Shown in pieces: positions 29,601 to 39,138 of a DNA stretch of 61,923 nt; position 1 is the first letter of the stretch; the number at the start of each line of letters is the position of its first letter. The notes beneath the pieces are model-generated. The model was not told where the DNA came from. It did not search any database and worked only from the letters and a program-made list of their open reading frames with translations. The stretch spans positions 1-61,923 of IMG/VR virus record IMGVR_UViG_3300028284_000458. One strand, written 5' to 3'. This DNA is from a virus. Taxonomy: Duplodnaviria; Caudoviricetes. The translations under genes and the position numbers were made by a program.

Positions 29601-32600
29601 ATTCCTTCTTTTGCTTTACTTATTGCCTGAGTTTTATTGAAACTAAAATCAGTTCCGTTTAAAGTTTTACCACTAATAGCATATGTTATTACAACTGAAT
29701 CTGTTGAATCTGACATTGCTGAGTGTTGTGCAACAACGGCAAAATTCGTATCATCTGATATAGTACCGATTGTGAGTGTTGAACTTGGAGATTGAGTAGT
29801 AGTAACTGTCCAATGACCTGCAGTTGTACCATCATTATCATAATCCAATGCAGTTGCTCCTTCGAATACACTTATTGTAGTTCCACTGCCACCATAAGAT
29901 GTAACCGAACCATCCACATCTGCTGGTAGTACATGTGCTTCGTTTGATAATATTGCAGTTACATTACCACTTCCTTCATCTAATTGATTGAATGTTACAG
30001 TATCTGCTATTGAATCATCATTACTATGTGCAGTATAAGTTACAGTCATACCATCTACAAAATCTGAAGCTAGAAGAGTTGCAGTTCCACCATTTACACT
30101 TTCTGTTACCGAATCTAGAGTTACAGAATCCGTTGCTGTAAATGAACCTGCTTGAGTTAAGTTTTGTCCATTTGCAGTTATTACTATTGATGTTGGACTT
30201 AAAACACCAGCTCTACTTTTTCTGAATATTGGTGATGCTGAAGTTAAGGTTACCGTTTTAGCATTTGTACCAACTACTCCCTCTTTTGCTTTTGAAAAAC
30301 TTTGAGTTGTTGTACGTGAAAAATCATCTCCTCCAAGTCTTTTTCCTGATATAGTATAAGTTAAAACAACAGAATCAACACTCATTGCACTTGGTGCTGC
30401 TATGGTTGCCTTTTGTGTTCCATTACCAGTAACTGCTCCTTCTGTTAATCCACCAACATCTTCTACACTAATACTAAATTCACCATCTGTAGGTGTTCCT
30501 GATGTAAATGTTAAAATATCCGCACCTTCATAAACTTCTATTGTAGTACCACCACCTGTGAAATCCGATACTGAACCTTCTGCAGTTGCAGGAAATGTAT
30601 GAGATGAATTAGAATTAGATATTTGTATTGCATCTTTTCCTGCTCTACCTTTAGTAATACTTTGTTGAAATGAACCACTAAATAATTCTCCATTCAGTTT
30701 TCTACCGATATATGGATATGCAATATTAACCACATCAGTATCTATATCCATTGCAGTATGGTCTGCAACCACTGCGTATTTCCCACCATCAGTTATACCA
30801 CCTATTGTTAATTTATTAGCTGGTGTTACAATAGATGTAGTTAATTTCCAATGTCCTTGATATGGACTTGTTGGATTTAAGGGATTGAATTCTAGTAGAG
30901 TTGCTCCCTCATATATACTTAATTGTGTACCACTATTAGAAAAATCTAAAATAGAACCAGTCGCATCTGCTGGAAACATATGAGCTTGATTTGTATTTAA
31001 AATAGTCAAACCATCCGTTCCAGTATCTACTCTAATAATTGAAACGGAATCTTCAAACACAACCCCATCCTCAGAACCTGATACAGTAACTACCGTAGAA
31101 GTTTCTGAACCAGAAATTTCCTCTTTTGCAATTGTTCTTGTTAAACCAGAACCTACCAATGCAATTCCGTTTGTTGAACTAAAATTGAGTGATCCTGAGA
31201 TGTTCTCTTTAGTTGCAGTAAGTGTTATTGAAGATGGAGTAATTGTACCATCTTTTGCTTTTATAAAAACTTGTCCTGATGATTGTAATGAAACTGTTTT
31301 TGCACTAATCCCATCTGCCCCATCAGAAATAATATACCAAGTTTCATTAATTGTATTTTTTTGTCCAGTTCCTGGATCCGTAAATACTGCAGTAACATTT
31401 ATATCTTTAGATGCATATGCAGTATCAAATGCTATGTTGGTTTCATCACCATCAGCTGCTGTCATTACTATATGACCTGTTCCACTTTGTCCAGAAGTAG
31501 GAGTTGCAATTGTCCATTCATCTAAAGGATCACCAAAACTAGGTGTTATTCTTGTAGATAATCTATATTCACTACCTGTTGTATCAAAAAATACTGCAGT
31601 TGCCTTTAAGTATGATGGGTCATATGATGAACTTCCTACCAACCTTCTTGAAACTTTACCTTTAGATGCCACAAACGAACCACCACCAAGACCATCGGTA
31701 ACATCTACCAATGCTATAGTATCAAGCAATGTTCCATCATTTTTTCGTAAATGATATGTTGCTTGTCCATTTATTGCACTACTATCAAGAACTGGATTAT
31801 AAGTTACCCCATTTCCACCATCACTTGTTCCTAATAATGAAGTAGTAAGAAGAGTACTTCCACTATAAATTTGAGCATCTCCTTGAGAAGAACCACTTAC
31901 ATCAAATGAACCTGTTCCATCAATACCTTGTACTTGTAATTCTAAGGTAGCCGTAGGTATATATGCTCCCAACGTGGGTTTAGATGTTCTTCCTGCATTC
32001 TTTATTTGAGTACCTCTCAATGGTCTAATAAAAAATGTTGGTTTTACATCCTCACCAGGTTTTACAAATATAATACTTTCGGTATCTGCAAATAATTCTG
32101 TTGTAGAATCAGTAGCTTCTGAAACACCAACTCTGAATGAAAGTGGTGTACTTATAAAAGTAGAAGGTGGTGTAAATGTTGTAGTTTTACTATTAGCAGT
32201 ATCTCCATCAGTAAACGATGTTTCATCAGTAAAATGAACTCCTCCACCTGTAAATTTGAATTGTGCATCTCTAAAATTAAGAGAATTTGCGGTCAGAGTT
32301 ACAGAAGATGGAACAGGATTTGTTCCATCTGCATCATACATAATAGAATTATCACTAAATGATAAACCTACTTTTTTTGATGGTGAACCCTCTGCAGAAA
32401 CTCCAACTATAAAATTAATTGTTTTACCTGTAAGTTCACTTCCTTCTGAATTTGTTAAAGATACTGTGATAACTCCAGTTACTGCCGTTCCATCTGTTGG
32501 TGTATTTGGAGTGATTGTTCCATCATTATTATTTGTTCCATTTGTTACACCAGTAATTTTAAATTTATTAGCAGTTACAGTTCCTGTTGTATATGTAAAA

Positions 32601-35600
32601 TCAGTAGAACCTTGGTTTACACTAACACTTATATCTGATGGTGTACTAAATGTAAGAAAGTCATATTCTGAATTTACGGTTTGAGTTTGTGGATTCGCTA
32701 TTATTGTTGTAATGGGTTTTGCTTCTCTAATACGAGATATACTTGCAACAATATTTTTAGTATCAGAAGTTCCTTCACCATCTGTAAAGTTTACTGGAAT
32801 AGTAAGAGTTTCTGTATCAGATAACATATCATCCGCAGTATCACTAAATGTAATAGTATTTGATGATACTGTTCCACTCAATCCACCACTATATACCACA
32901 GTTCCTATTGAATCAAATCTATTCTCACCACCTTCTGTTGCTTTTACTTCAATAGTTTTAGGTGATTCAGAACCACTTCCTACTGAATTTGCATTTATTC
33001 CTTGTGATTGTAAGTTTACACTTACCTCTACATTTGGAACTGCTTTTTTAGATTTTGTATAAGATACAATTTTTTGAAATGATTGAGATGTTGAGTTATC
33101 ACCTGCAAGATATTCTATATTTAAACTTAATGAACCACTATCGTGTTGATTTGGAAATGCAGATATACCATACTCAGATGTTGTTGGTGATGTTGATATT
33201 GCAGTTACATTTGTTTCTGTTATCGAAGTAATATCAAATGTGTTTTTATTTCTTCCCCCACCAATATCATCATGTTCTATTTGAGTTCCTCCAATGAACA
33301 TTTGAACATTTCCTTTACTTGAACCAAATCCACCAGGTACATCTCCTGTTGATTTTGCTGGAAATGAAGTTGATTCATTTGAAAGTACAAGTGAAACTGC
33401 ATCAAAGTTTATAACTGGTGATATTGTTATCTCATCTGAAAATGGTAAATCAAATTGGTCAGAACCAGTAAATGAATAAGTTGTTTCTGGAAATGATCCA
33501 CCAGCAAATGATGAAGAATATTGTAAAGCTGATATTGTGTATGTATCAATACCTGTTCCATTATCAGTTACAGGTCCAACCAATGGTGGAGCTCCACTTC
33601 CTGAGTTTACTTCTATTGGGGTTGTTAATGAAAATAAGTTTTTACGTTGGGCTCTTATAGTTGCACTTTGCCCACCTGGTTTTGGTGAAAGAGTTGTTGG
33701 TTCGTATATAAATTGATTTACATTTGAAGTTACAATAAGTTGTGGTGCATTATCACCATCTTCTAATCTATATACAGTTTCAAATTCTTCAAGTTCTTCT
33801 ATTGAAGCAGTATAAACAATAGAACCAACTGTAATAGAATCATCACTACCACTAAAATCAGCTATTTTTATAATTGCACCTGCTGATGTTACATTTGAAA
33901 GAGTTCCAGGATAAGTACCACTATATGATGATGGATTTATATATGCTCCATTTACATCAAAAGCGGATGATGCGTAAGTTACAGAACCTGTTAAGTTATT
34001 TGTACGAGTTTTAAATTGTATTTGTTGAAATGGTGGATTCCCTATTGAACCACTTGTAAATCTAAATGCATTTCTATCCGATTCAAATGTTAATAATTTA
34101 TCACTTGAAGGGAAATCGTTACCACCTGTAAATGCTTTTGTTGAAGTTACATCAACAGGTATGTAATTATTATTTATATCATAAAACTCAAATTTGAAAT
34201 CAAATGTTTCTATCGCAAGTTTTCTTGGTATATCTTGTATTAACGTAAACTCATCTGGTGAGAATGATGTATCTTGTGCATTCTTAAGAGATACATTAGA
34301 GATATACCAATCACCACCATCTATATCAAATTTTAAATATGTATCCGTAGCTGTATCGGTTGCTAATATATTTTGAGATACCGTTTGTCTTGTGTTGTAT
34401 ATATCAGAATTATCTATTGTTAAGAAATTCTGTTCATAATTAGAACCACTAAAATATGCACGTATTGATGGAGTACCCACCGAACCACTTTTTAAAGTTC
34501 TGAAATTAAGAGTATATTCAACTCCACTTGATATTTCAAAACTACCACTTGTAGATAATGTTTGAATACCACCTTCGGATTCATCATAATCTATTTTAAC
34601 AGATGCGTTTAATATATCCGAATTGATTGTAACAGGATGGTCATCAGATGATGTTACCCAATAGTTACTTAAATTATTTTCATCGAATCTACCATAAGAT
34701 AATTCAGTATCAGTTGTAGTTGTTATATCTTTTAATAATTCTGATGATTCTAGTTTTGATTCTTGCACAAATTGAAAATCTCCAATTGTGTTTCTTGATT
34801 TCCTAAATACCTTAACTCTGGCAACATCCCCAACAAAGGTTTTTAGATTATTAAAGTTTATTTTTGCAAAAGAACCTGTTAATGCAGAATCTGTTATTGT
34901 TTGTCCTTCTACGAATTCAAAGGTTGTTGTGTATGGAGCTGGAAAGAAATCACCAACCGAAGCATCACTTGAAGTAAATGGAGTATCAACCATCACTTCC
35001 TTATTACTCAATACTTCAATTACATTTGCAGAATAGTTTAATGATGGAACTGAAATTGTATTATCATCTACTGAAGATGTCCAATTACTAATACCATCCT
35101 CTATTTTTAATTTATAATTTACACCAGCTCTCCATTTAGATAAATCAGTTCCACTTGGTGGATTTTGTGATATACCTGATAAACTACCTGTTTGTGTAAT
35201 TTGGGGAATATTTTTTGTAAATATGGGTTTTACGAGTTCATCTATTTTTACGGTAGGTCTTTTGTAAAATCTAACAATAGTTTCATTAGAAACGTTTTTA
35301 TTTATCTGTATATTCTTTTCCCACTTTACATTATAAACTCCCTTCCACTCATTAGGTATATCCAATACCTCATCAAGATCACTTAAATATGTTTTTAATT
35401 CACCAAGAATAGTAATTTTACCAATACCAATAGATACATCATCATAAACATGTATTGCTATTAATTTAGAATTTCCTTCATAATATTCAGGAACTCCATC
35501 ACCAGGTTCAAAATATATTGGATTACCATCCACATCAAGAATCTCTATTTTGATTTCAGTAGATTCTTTTAAGTGTTCAGAACCTTCAATTAAGAATCCA

Positions 35601-35731
35601 TTTTTACCACCTGTTAAAGTTTCGTTTAATTCTGTAATTCTGAAGTATTCCGAGTTTGGTTGCTCATCATTTTCAAATACTTGAAAATTTGATAAGTTCA
35701 AAAAAGGAGCGTATGATTTAATTATTGCCAT
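26639..35731 (-). CDS. Giant tail fibre/adhesin (~3030 aa) with tandem beta-rich repeats, a Hint (BIL-type) domain and a C-terminal intramolecular-chaperone-like domain
   Basis: S/T/G-rich beta repeats; CVLPGT...ILSHN Hint domain; C-terminal GDLLCSSDTPGYLMKQ...YTVAKA...YCG. Start taken at MAIIKS (35731), just downstream of the promoter motif. Confidence 0.8.
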   Translation of the reverse strand: MAIIKSYAPFLNLSNFQVFENDEQPNSEYFRITELNETLTGGKNGFLIEGSEHLKESTEIKIEILDVDGNPIYFEPGDGVPEYYEGNSKLIAIHVYDDVSIGIGKITILGELKTYLSDLDEVLDIPNEWKGVYNVKWEKNIQINKNVSNETIVRFYKRPTVKIDELVKPIFTKNIPQITQTGSLSGISQNPPSGTDLSKWRAGVNYKLKIEDGISNWTSSVDDNTISVPSLNYSANVIEVLSNKEVMVDTPFTSSDASVGDFFPAPYTTTFEFVEGQTITDSALTGSFAKINFNNLKTFVGDVARVKVFRKSRNTIGDFQFVQESKLESSELLKDITTTTDTELSYGRFDENNLSNYWVTSSDDHPVTINSDILNASVKIDYDESEGGIQTLSTSGSFEISSGVEYTLNFRTLKSGSVGTPSIRAYFSGSNYEQNFLTIDNSDIYNTRQTVSQNILATDTATDTYLKFDIDGGDWYISNVSLKNAQDTSFSPDEFTLIQDIPRKLAIETFDFKFEFYDINNNYIPVDVTSTKAFTGGNDFPSSDKLLTFESDRNAFRFTSGSIGNPPFQQIQFKTRTNNLTGSVTYASSAFDVNGAYINPSSYSGTYPGTLSNVTSAGAIIKIADFSGSDDSITVGSIVYTASIEELEEFETVYRLEDGDNAPQLIVTSNVNQFIYEPTTLSPKPGGQSATIRAQRKNLFSLTTPIEVNSGSGAPPLVGPVTDNGTGIDTYTISALQYSSSFAGGSFPETTYSFTGSDQFDLPFSDEITISPVINFDAVSLVLSNESTSFPAKSTGDVPGGFGSSKGNVQMFIGGTQIEHDDIGGGRNKNTFDITSITETNVTAISTSPTTSEYGISAFPNQHDSGSLSLNIEYLAGDNSTSQSFQKIVSYTKSKKAVPNVEVSVNLQSQGINANSVGSGSESPKTIEVKATEGGENRFDSIGTVVYSGGLSGTVSSNTITFSDTADDMLSDTETLTIPVNFTDGEGTSDTKNIVASISRIREAKPITTIIANPQTQTVNSEYDFLTFSTPSDISVSVNQGSTDFTYTTGTVTANKFKITGVTNGTNNNDGTITPNTPTDGTAVTGVITVSLTNSEGSELTGKTINFIVGVSAEGSPSKKVGLSFSDNSIMYDADGTNPVPSSVTLTANSLNFRDAQFKFTGGGVHFTDETSFTDGDTANSKTTTFTPPSTFISTPLSFRVGVSEATDSTTELFADTESIIFVKPGEDVKPTFFIRPLRGTQIKNAGRTSKPTLGAYIPTATLELQVQGIDGTGSFDVSGSSQGDAQIYSGSTLLTTSLLGTSDGGNGVTYNPVLDSSAINGQATYHLRKNDGTLLDTIALVDVTDGLGGGSFVASKGKVSRRLVGSSSYDPSYLKATAVFFDTTGSEYRLSTRITPSFGDPLDEWTIATPTSGQSGTGHIVMTAADGDETNIAFDTAYASKDINVTAVFTDPGTGQKNTINETWYIISDGADGISAKTVSLQSSGQVFIKAKDGTITPSSITLTATKENISGSLNFSSTNGIALVGSGLTRTIAKEEISGSETSTVVTVSGSEDGVVFEDSVSIIRVDTGTDGLTILNTNQAHMFPADATGSILDFSNSGTQLSIYEGATLLEFNPLNPTSPYQGHWKLTTSIVTPANKLTIGGITDGGKYAVVADHTAMDIDTDVVNIAYPYIGRKLNGELFSGSFQQSITKGRAGKDAIQISNSNSSHTFPATAEGSVSDFTGGGTTIEVYEGADILTFTSGTPTDGEFSISVEDVGGLTEGAVTGNGTQKATIAAPSAMSVDSVVLTYTISGKRLGGDDFSRTTTQSFSKAKEGVVGTNAKTVTLTSASPIFRKSRAGVLSPTSIVITANGQNLTQAGSFTATDSVTLDSVTESVNGGTATLLASDFVDGMTVTYTAHSNDDSIADTVTFNQLDEGSGNVTAILSNEAHVLPADVDGSVTSYGGSGTTISVFEGATALDYDNDGTTAGHWTVTTTQSPSSTLTIGTISDDTNFAVVAQHSAMSDSTDSVVITYAISGKTLNGTDFSFNKTQAISKAKEGIAGDNAKTVVLGGTSNIFTKAQNGDITPTSIVLTANGQNLTANGAFTTSAGTLTSTSVSTSGGSTTVTSANFVDGMVVTYTAAAADGSVSDTFTLKQLDVGSGNVQGILSNEAHVVPASNAGVVSSHGGSGTTISVYEGATQLDYDNAGTTAGHWTVAATTTGITVGGITDSSNNALVADHSAMSDSANSVTISYAISGKTLNGTAFGPFTKTQTITKSFSGAEGGGVQFIYLLNNTSTPPTTPTAAGTDSWTTTPGTPTASNKYVWVSQRTSVNGSFGSFSGATQFANFAVDGGTGPGGADGLRTVTGRVNFANVAATAPALPTATRLTFPDTFTSLTTNWSTATPTYASGNSNKYWYSNYTATEDSDRPGYASTVTFGTVTQAIGFSGLVTFSGAGLTDGTTSVTPTTATAAATAAQNLINAGGFATSDMANVTTIDGSKITTGTIESANWTTTAGGQINIAGGNMRFGGSSSPAFSVDSAGVLTATGVNVSGAITATSGTIGGWALTSTQLQGGTVSGGGDGTNTTSGMIINSGGFISAPDFNISSSGVASFGTTAKVGGAPFSSVFDPSGTDLRIRKEAKVLDGTRTAAFSSIFSIDNSGFKFNSSTRFGSSSFSGLQADIDTELSSISSNLTGYSCVLPGTKIISKRGEINVEDTKEDDVIKIFNFETKEWGWSSIDEIITNKVQGWSKIETELGKKLKCSNSHLLYHPDYPNSAIAIDELGVGGELYVYEDKKLIIDKIKSIETFDEEVQVWNYELDIVHNYISDGILSHNVNAKLAELVTLGHRYKKDKTVSISSGDLVKLDSNNELQKVSTAKDTSVVGILWEKLELEYNSSGLSIIGESTGSKNNNPPDYFTSGSFMDSFCNFIPTSETGSKEIWKVASVGDSRDYNQSGSYYTVTGFKMCNQGGDVVPGDLLCSSDTPGYLMKQPSEWVVTGFNGDTTPIYEERQTQCSYTVAKAMESSSWDSNGRMEDVYGYLYCG
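27272..27682 (-). other. Hint domain (137 aa; mini-intein/BIL-like) within the giant fibre gene
   Basis: Starts C-V-L-P-G-T; block B CSNSH; block F/G VWNYE..HNYIxxGILSHN; +1 residue is Val. Confidence 0.85.
28930..31320 (-). repeat. Intragenic tandem repeats (~110-aa modules; ~660-675-nt higher-order unit)
   Basis: Recurring NEAHxxPAxxxGxV...GSGTTISVYEGATxL..GHWTV..HSAM..YAISGKTLNGT and AKTVxL..F.K...G.ITP.SI.LTA blocks. cagttccgtttaaagttttaccactaatagc occurs at 28987 and 29650. Confidence 0.85.
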
Positions 35732-35749
35732 AGAAATGTATCTTTCCAA

Positions 35750-35758
35750 TATAAATAT
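35750..35758 (-). promoter_or_regulatory. ATATTTATA candidate late promoter of the giant fibre gene
   Basis: 18 nt upstream of ATG 35731. Confidence 0.6.
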
Positions 35759-35782
35759 TTAGAAAAAATATTTACTCATATA

Positions 35783-35804
35783 TATCTATAGAAATCTATA
35801 GATA
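35783..35804. promoter_or_regulatory. Inverted repeat TATCTATAGA-AA-TCTATAGATA, candidate RHH operator
   Basis: Perfect 10-bp arms with a 2-nt spacer, abutting ATG 35805. Confidence 0.55.
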
Positions 35805-35966
35805 ATGGGAAAATATACTACAATACAAATAAAGAAAGAGTTGTACTCCGAATTGAAAACTTATTGTTCTGATAATGGTTGTACTAAAAGTGGGTTAATT
35901 GAACAATTAATAAGACAAAAAATTGGCCAACCTAAGTTGACCAATATATTAAGGGTATCTGATTAA
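35805..35966 (+). CDS. Ribbon-helix-helix (CopG/Arc-like) DNA-binding protein, 53 aa
   Basis: Manual translation MGKYTTIQIKKELYSELKTYCSDNGCTKSGLIEQLIRQKIGQPKLTNILRVSD*; beta-strand TTIQI then helix-G-x-T/S-K-S-helix. Not in the ORF track. Confidence 0.75.
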   Translation: MGKYTTIQIKKELYSELKTYCSDNGCTKSGLIEQLIRQKIGQPKLTNILRVSD

Positions 35967-35979
35967 TTGCGTAATATAT

Positions 35980-38900
35980 TTAATATTTTACGTTAGAGAA
36001 TCCTTTTTCTTTTTTGATTGTCATCAAGTCATCTACTACATCTCTCATAGAATCTATGTGTGAGATAATCATTACGAAATCAAATTGAGTTTTAAGGTAT
36101 GTAAACAACATAAATAAAGATTGTAAGTTCTCACTATCCAAAGTACCAAATCCTTCATCTATCACGAGGAAATTAGGTCTAGGAAGGTTACATACATTTA
36201 TAAGTGCAACTCGAATTGCCAATCCACTAATGAATCTTTCCATTCCACTACACATTTCTAAACTCCATCTCTGGTCTCCATACACAAGGTAAGCATTAAT
36301 GTTCTTACCATCAATTTCCAATTGCATTCCGAAATCAACGATTTGACCTAATATATTGTTTACTTCTCCTTCAATCATCGGAAGTGATTTTTCAATCAAC
36401 TCATATGATACTCCATCCTTTCCAAGAGCATTTAAATAATAATCAAATAATTTAGATTGAGATTCTAACTCTTTAACTTCTGATACTCTATCTTCAATTG
36501 TTTCCTTTTGGTTCTGTAATGCTGATATTTTACCATTTAATGAAAGAATTTCTGAATTGGAGTTTCTAATCTGTTGTTTGATTTTTTCCCAATCACTTCT
36601 AACATCTACAATCTCATCTCGTATTTCTCTATTCTTGTTAATTTGAGTTTCATTCTTATAATACTCTTCAATAAGTTGCTCTTGTTGAGCCAATTGAGTA
36701 GAATTACGATATTCTTCGGTTTCCGTTGTTGATAACTTGTTAATAAGTCCTGATATTTCTCTATCAATTTTATCTTCTTTGGATTTTGCTTCTTGAAAAT
36801 TAGCCCATTCTTTTTCATATGGAACTAAAGAATCAATTGATAATGTTATTTCAAGGTGTTGTTGATTAAAGTCATGTAAGTAAGATTCACCATCTTTTAT
36901 GTTGGAATCTACCTTTGCCTTCTGTTCTCTAATTGTTTGAGAGTTCTCCATACAAACATCACACTCCTCATCATACTTGTGAGAATCTAAGTGTTCTTTC
37001 CTCTCGTACAAGGAATCTAATTTAATTTTAGTCTTTTCAATATCAGATTGTAAAGTTCGTTGACTTACCTTATTTTCCTTTAATTTAGTAATACCCTCTT
37101 CCAAATCCTCTTCATCGAACTTATCAAGAATTTCATCAAGAGTAATTTGTAACTCCTCCCTATGTGTAATTCTCTCTTGAATTGAATTTTTAGATTCCTT
37201 TAACTCATCTTGTTTATTAGAAAGTATCTTTCTTCTTTTTTCCAATTCTTCAATAGAAACACCACTATCTGCATTTAACTTAACAATTTTCTCATTTAAT
37301 TTGATTATTTCTTTGTTAAGTGATTCTTCTTTTGTCTTGGCAGAATCTTGCTGAATATCTAAAAGTTTGTATTCTGATTTCTTTTCTTTTAATTCAACTA
37401 CAATATCTGCTAATTTCTGAGTGAAATCATCTTGTTTAAATTTTCTAATTAATGAAGCATTATCTCTATTTTCATCACTTGCTTGTTGATATAGTTTATC
37501 AAAAATATCAACACCAATAAATTGTGATAGAACTTCTTTTCGTTCACTTTGAGATTTATCAATAAATAATGCATTGTTTCCTTGTAAAGAAAGTGTAGTT
37601 AAAACAAAATCTTCAAACTTACCTAAATATCTTTCTATCTCTTTATTTGTATCTTTTCGTTGTTCTCCGTTTAATGATTGGATAACCCCACCATCTTCTT
37701 TCCAAAAGTTTACATCCACCTTAACAGATGTTCCTTTCCTAACATATTTGGCAATACGTTCAATATAATAATCAACCCCATCTATCTCGAAGTTAAACTT
37801 ACAATAAAACTTATCCTTACGGTTGTTTAAGATGTTCTTAGAAACGTTTGTACGAGAAGTCTTATCATATATACAAAACGATAATGCATCGAACAGAGAG
37901 GATTTACCAGAGGCATTAGGAGCGAAGATACCAACGATACCACGAGCTCTATCAAATCTGATTAAATTATCTTCTCCATATGAAAACATATTAGAAAACT
38001 TAAAATCCTTTGGTGTCCATAGAATATTCTCTGCTATCTTAGAATCATCTATTAAACCATTCATTTGTTTATTTATATCTGTTATCTGATTTAATTCATC
38101 ATCCTCTAACAAATATCTTCTTTCTAAATAATCTCGTATTAATTGGTTCTGAAATGTTTCTTCTTTAACATTACCAACTATGTTTTTATTTAGTTTACTA
38201 TCCTGTTTAAGTTGACCCATTGTATCAGTTCGTGTAACTGTTACCTCTGCAACTTTAAATATTTTCTTTAATTCTGTAATACGAAGTTTCATTTCTGCTC
38301 CTCCTGTATTTGTAAATCGTAATCTTAATCTTGGATTCTTTGGAAGTTTAGTATTAACCTCATCATATACCCATTGTGGTATTTTTCCATCAACCACATC
38401 AACCGTTATAAAACCATAGTCATTATGAATATGATGTTCGGTAAATGTTCTTGTAGGAATATCCCATAATAGATATCCATGATTCTCTAACATCTCACCA
38501 TGATTCTGTTGAACCATAGAACCTGCATATGCAACATGCTCATACCCTTTACCAAATGTTTGTCTTTTGTGGATATCCCCCAACATAGCCATATCGAATC
38601 CATCAAACATTTCCACTTGGAAGGAATTTGAAGAAACAACATATCCAATATCTGTTTGTGCTTTGTTTACCGGTCCATGAAAAAGACAAATTGTATTTTC
38701 ACCTTCAACATCTTTTCCCTTTGGCCAATTCTCTTTCTCATCTAATATAGAATATACACAAAATGTAAGGTTATGAATGTTATACACTCCAGTATCTCTT
38801 AAATAATGAATACGTGGGTTATTTAGATTATCTACAATTGGAGTAAGTACATCTAATCTATAATTGTTATTTAAGTTACAATCATGATTACCCGTAATTA

Positions 38901-39138
38901 ATATTGTTTCTCGTAGTTTAGCACACTCTGTTAGAAACCATGATATTTCTTGAAGTAACTCAGGACTCATTTCTGTTTTAGCATGAGCAATATCACCGGC
39001 GAGATAGATAACCGAATCTTGGATATCATCTTCTATTACTTGTTTTAAGAATTTGTTGAATACCAATCTGTATTCTTTGTGCCTTTGTAGATTTCTAATG
39101 TGTAAATCTGCAAGGTGGTAGACCTTATTTATTATCAT
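35980..39138 (-). CDS. Fused Mre11/SbcD nuclease - Rad50/SbcC ATPase (gp47-gp46-like)
   Basis: DLH, GD, GNHD, GDIH metallophosphoesterase motifs; Walker A NASGKS; zinc hook CDVC in a coiled coil; CSGME signature; IDEGFG Walker B; ISH. Confidence 0.92.
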   Translation of the reverse strand: MIINKVYHLADLHIRNLQRHKEYRLVFNKFLKQVIEDDIQDSVIYLAGDIAHAKTEMSPELLQEISWFLTECAKLRETILITGNHDCNLNNNYRLDVLTPIVDNLNNPRIHYLRDTGVYNIHNLTFCVYSILDEKENWPKGKDVEGENTICLFHGPVNKAQTDIGYVVSSNSFQVEMFDGFDMAMLGDIHKRQTFGKGYEHVAYAGSMVQQNHGEMLENHGYLLWDIPTRTFTEHHIHNDYGFITVDVVDGKIPQWVYDEVNTKLPKNPRLRLRFTNTGGAEMKLRITELKKIFKVAEVTVTRTDTMGQLKQDSKLNKNIVGNVKEETFQNQLIRDYLERRYLLEDDELNQITDINKQMNGLIDDSKIAENILWTPKDFKFSNMFSYGEDNLIRFDRARGIVGIFAPNASGKSSLFDALSFCIYDKTSRTNVSKNILNNRKDKFYCKFNFEIDGVDYYIERIAKYVRKGTSVKVDVNFWKEDGGVIQSLNGEQRKDTNKEIERYLGKFEDFVLTTLSLQGNNALFIDKSQSERKEVLSQFIGVDIFDKLYQQASDENRDNASLIRKFKQDDFTQKLADIVVELKEKKSEYKLLDIQQDSAKTKEESLNKEIIKLNEKIVKLNADSGVSIEELEKRRKILSNKQDELKESKNSIQERITHREELQITLDEILDKFDEEDLEEGITKLKENKVSQRTLQSDIEKTKIKLDSLYERKEHLDSHKYDEECDVCMENSQTIREQKAKVDSNIKDGESYLHDFNQQHLEITLSIDSLVPYEKEWANFQEAKSKEDKIDREISGLINKLSTTETEEYRNSTQLAQQEQLIEEYYKNETQINKNREIRDEIVDVRSDWEKIKQQIRNSNSEILSLNGKISALQNQKETIEDRVSEVKELESQSKLFDYYLNALGKDGVSYELIEKSLPMIEGEVNNILGQIVDFGMQLEIDGKNINAYLVYGDQRWSLEMCSGMERFISGLAIRVALINVCNLPRPNFLVIDEGFGTLDSENLQSLFMLFTYLKTQFDFVMIISHIDSMRDVVDDLMTIKKEKGFSNVKY

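Noticed and set aside
28930-31320. CRISPR array or DGR template/variable repeat
   Set aside because: Repeats are in-frame coding modules hundreds of nt long, without spacers; no reverse transcriptase or cas gene in the window
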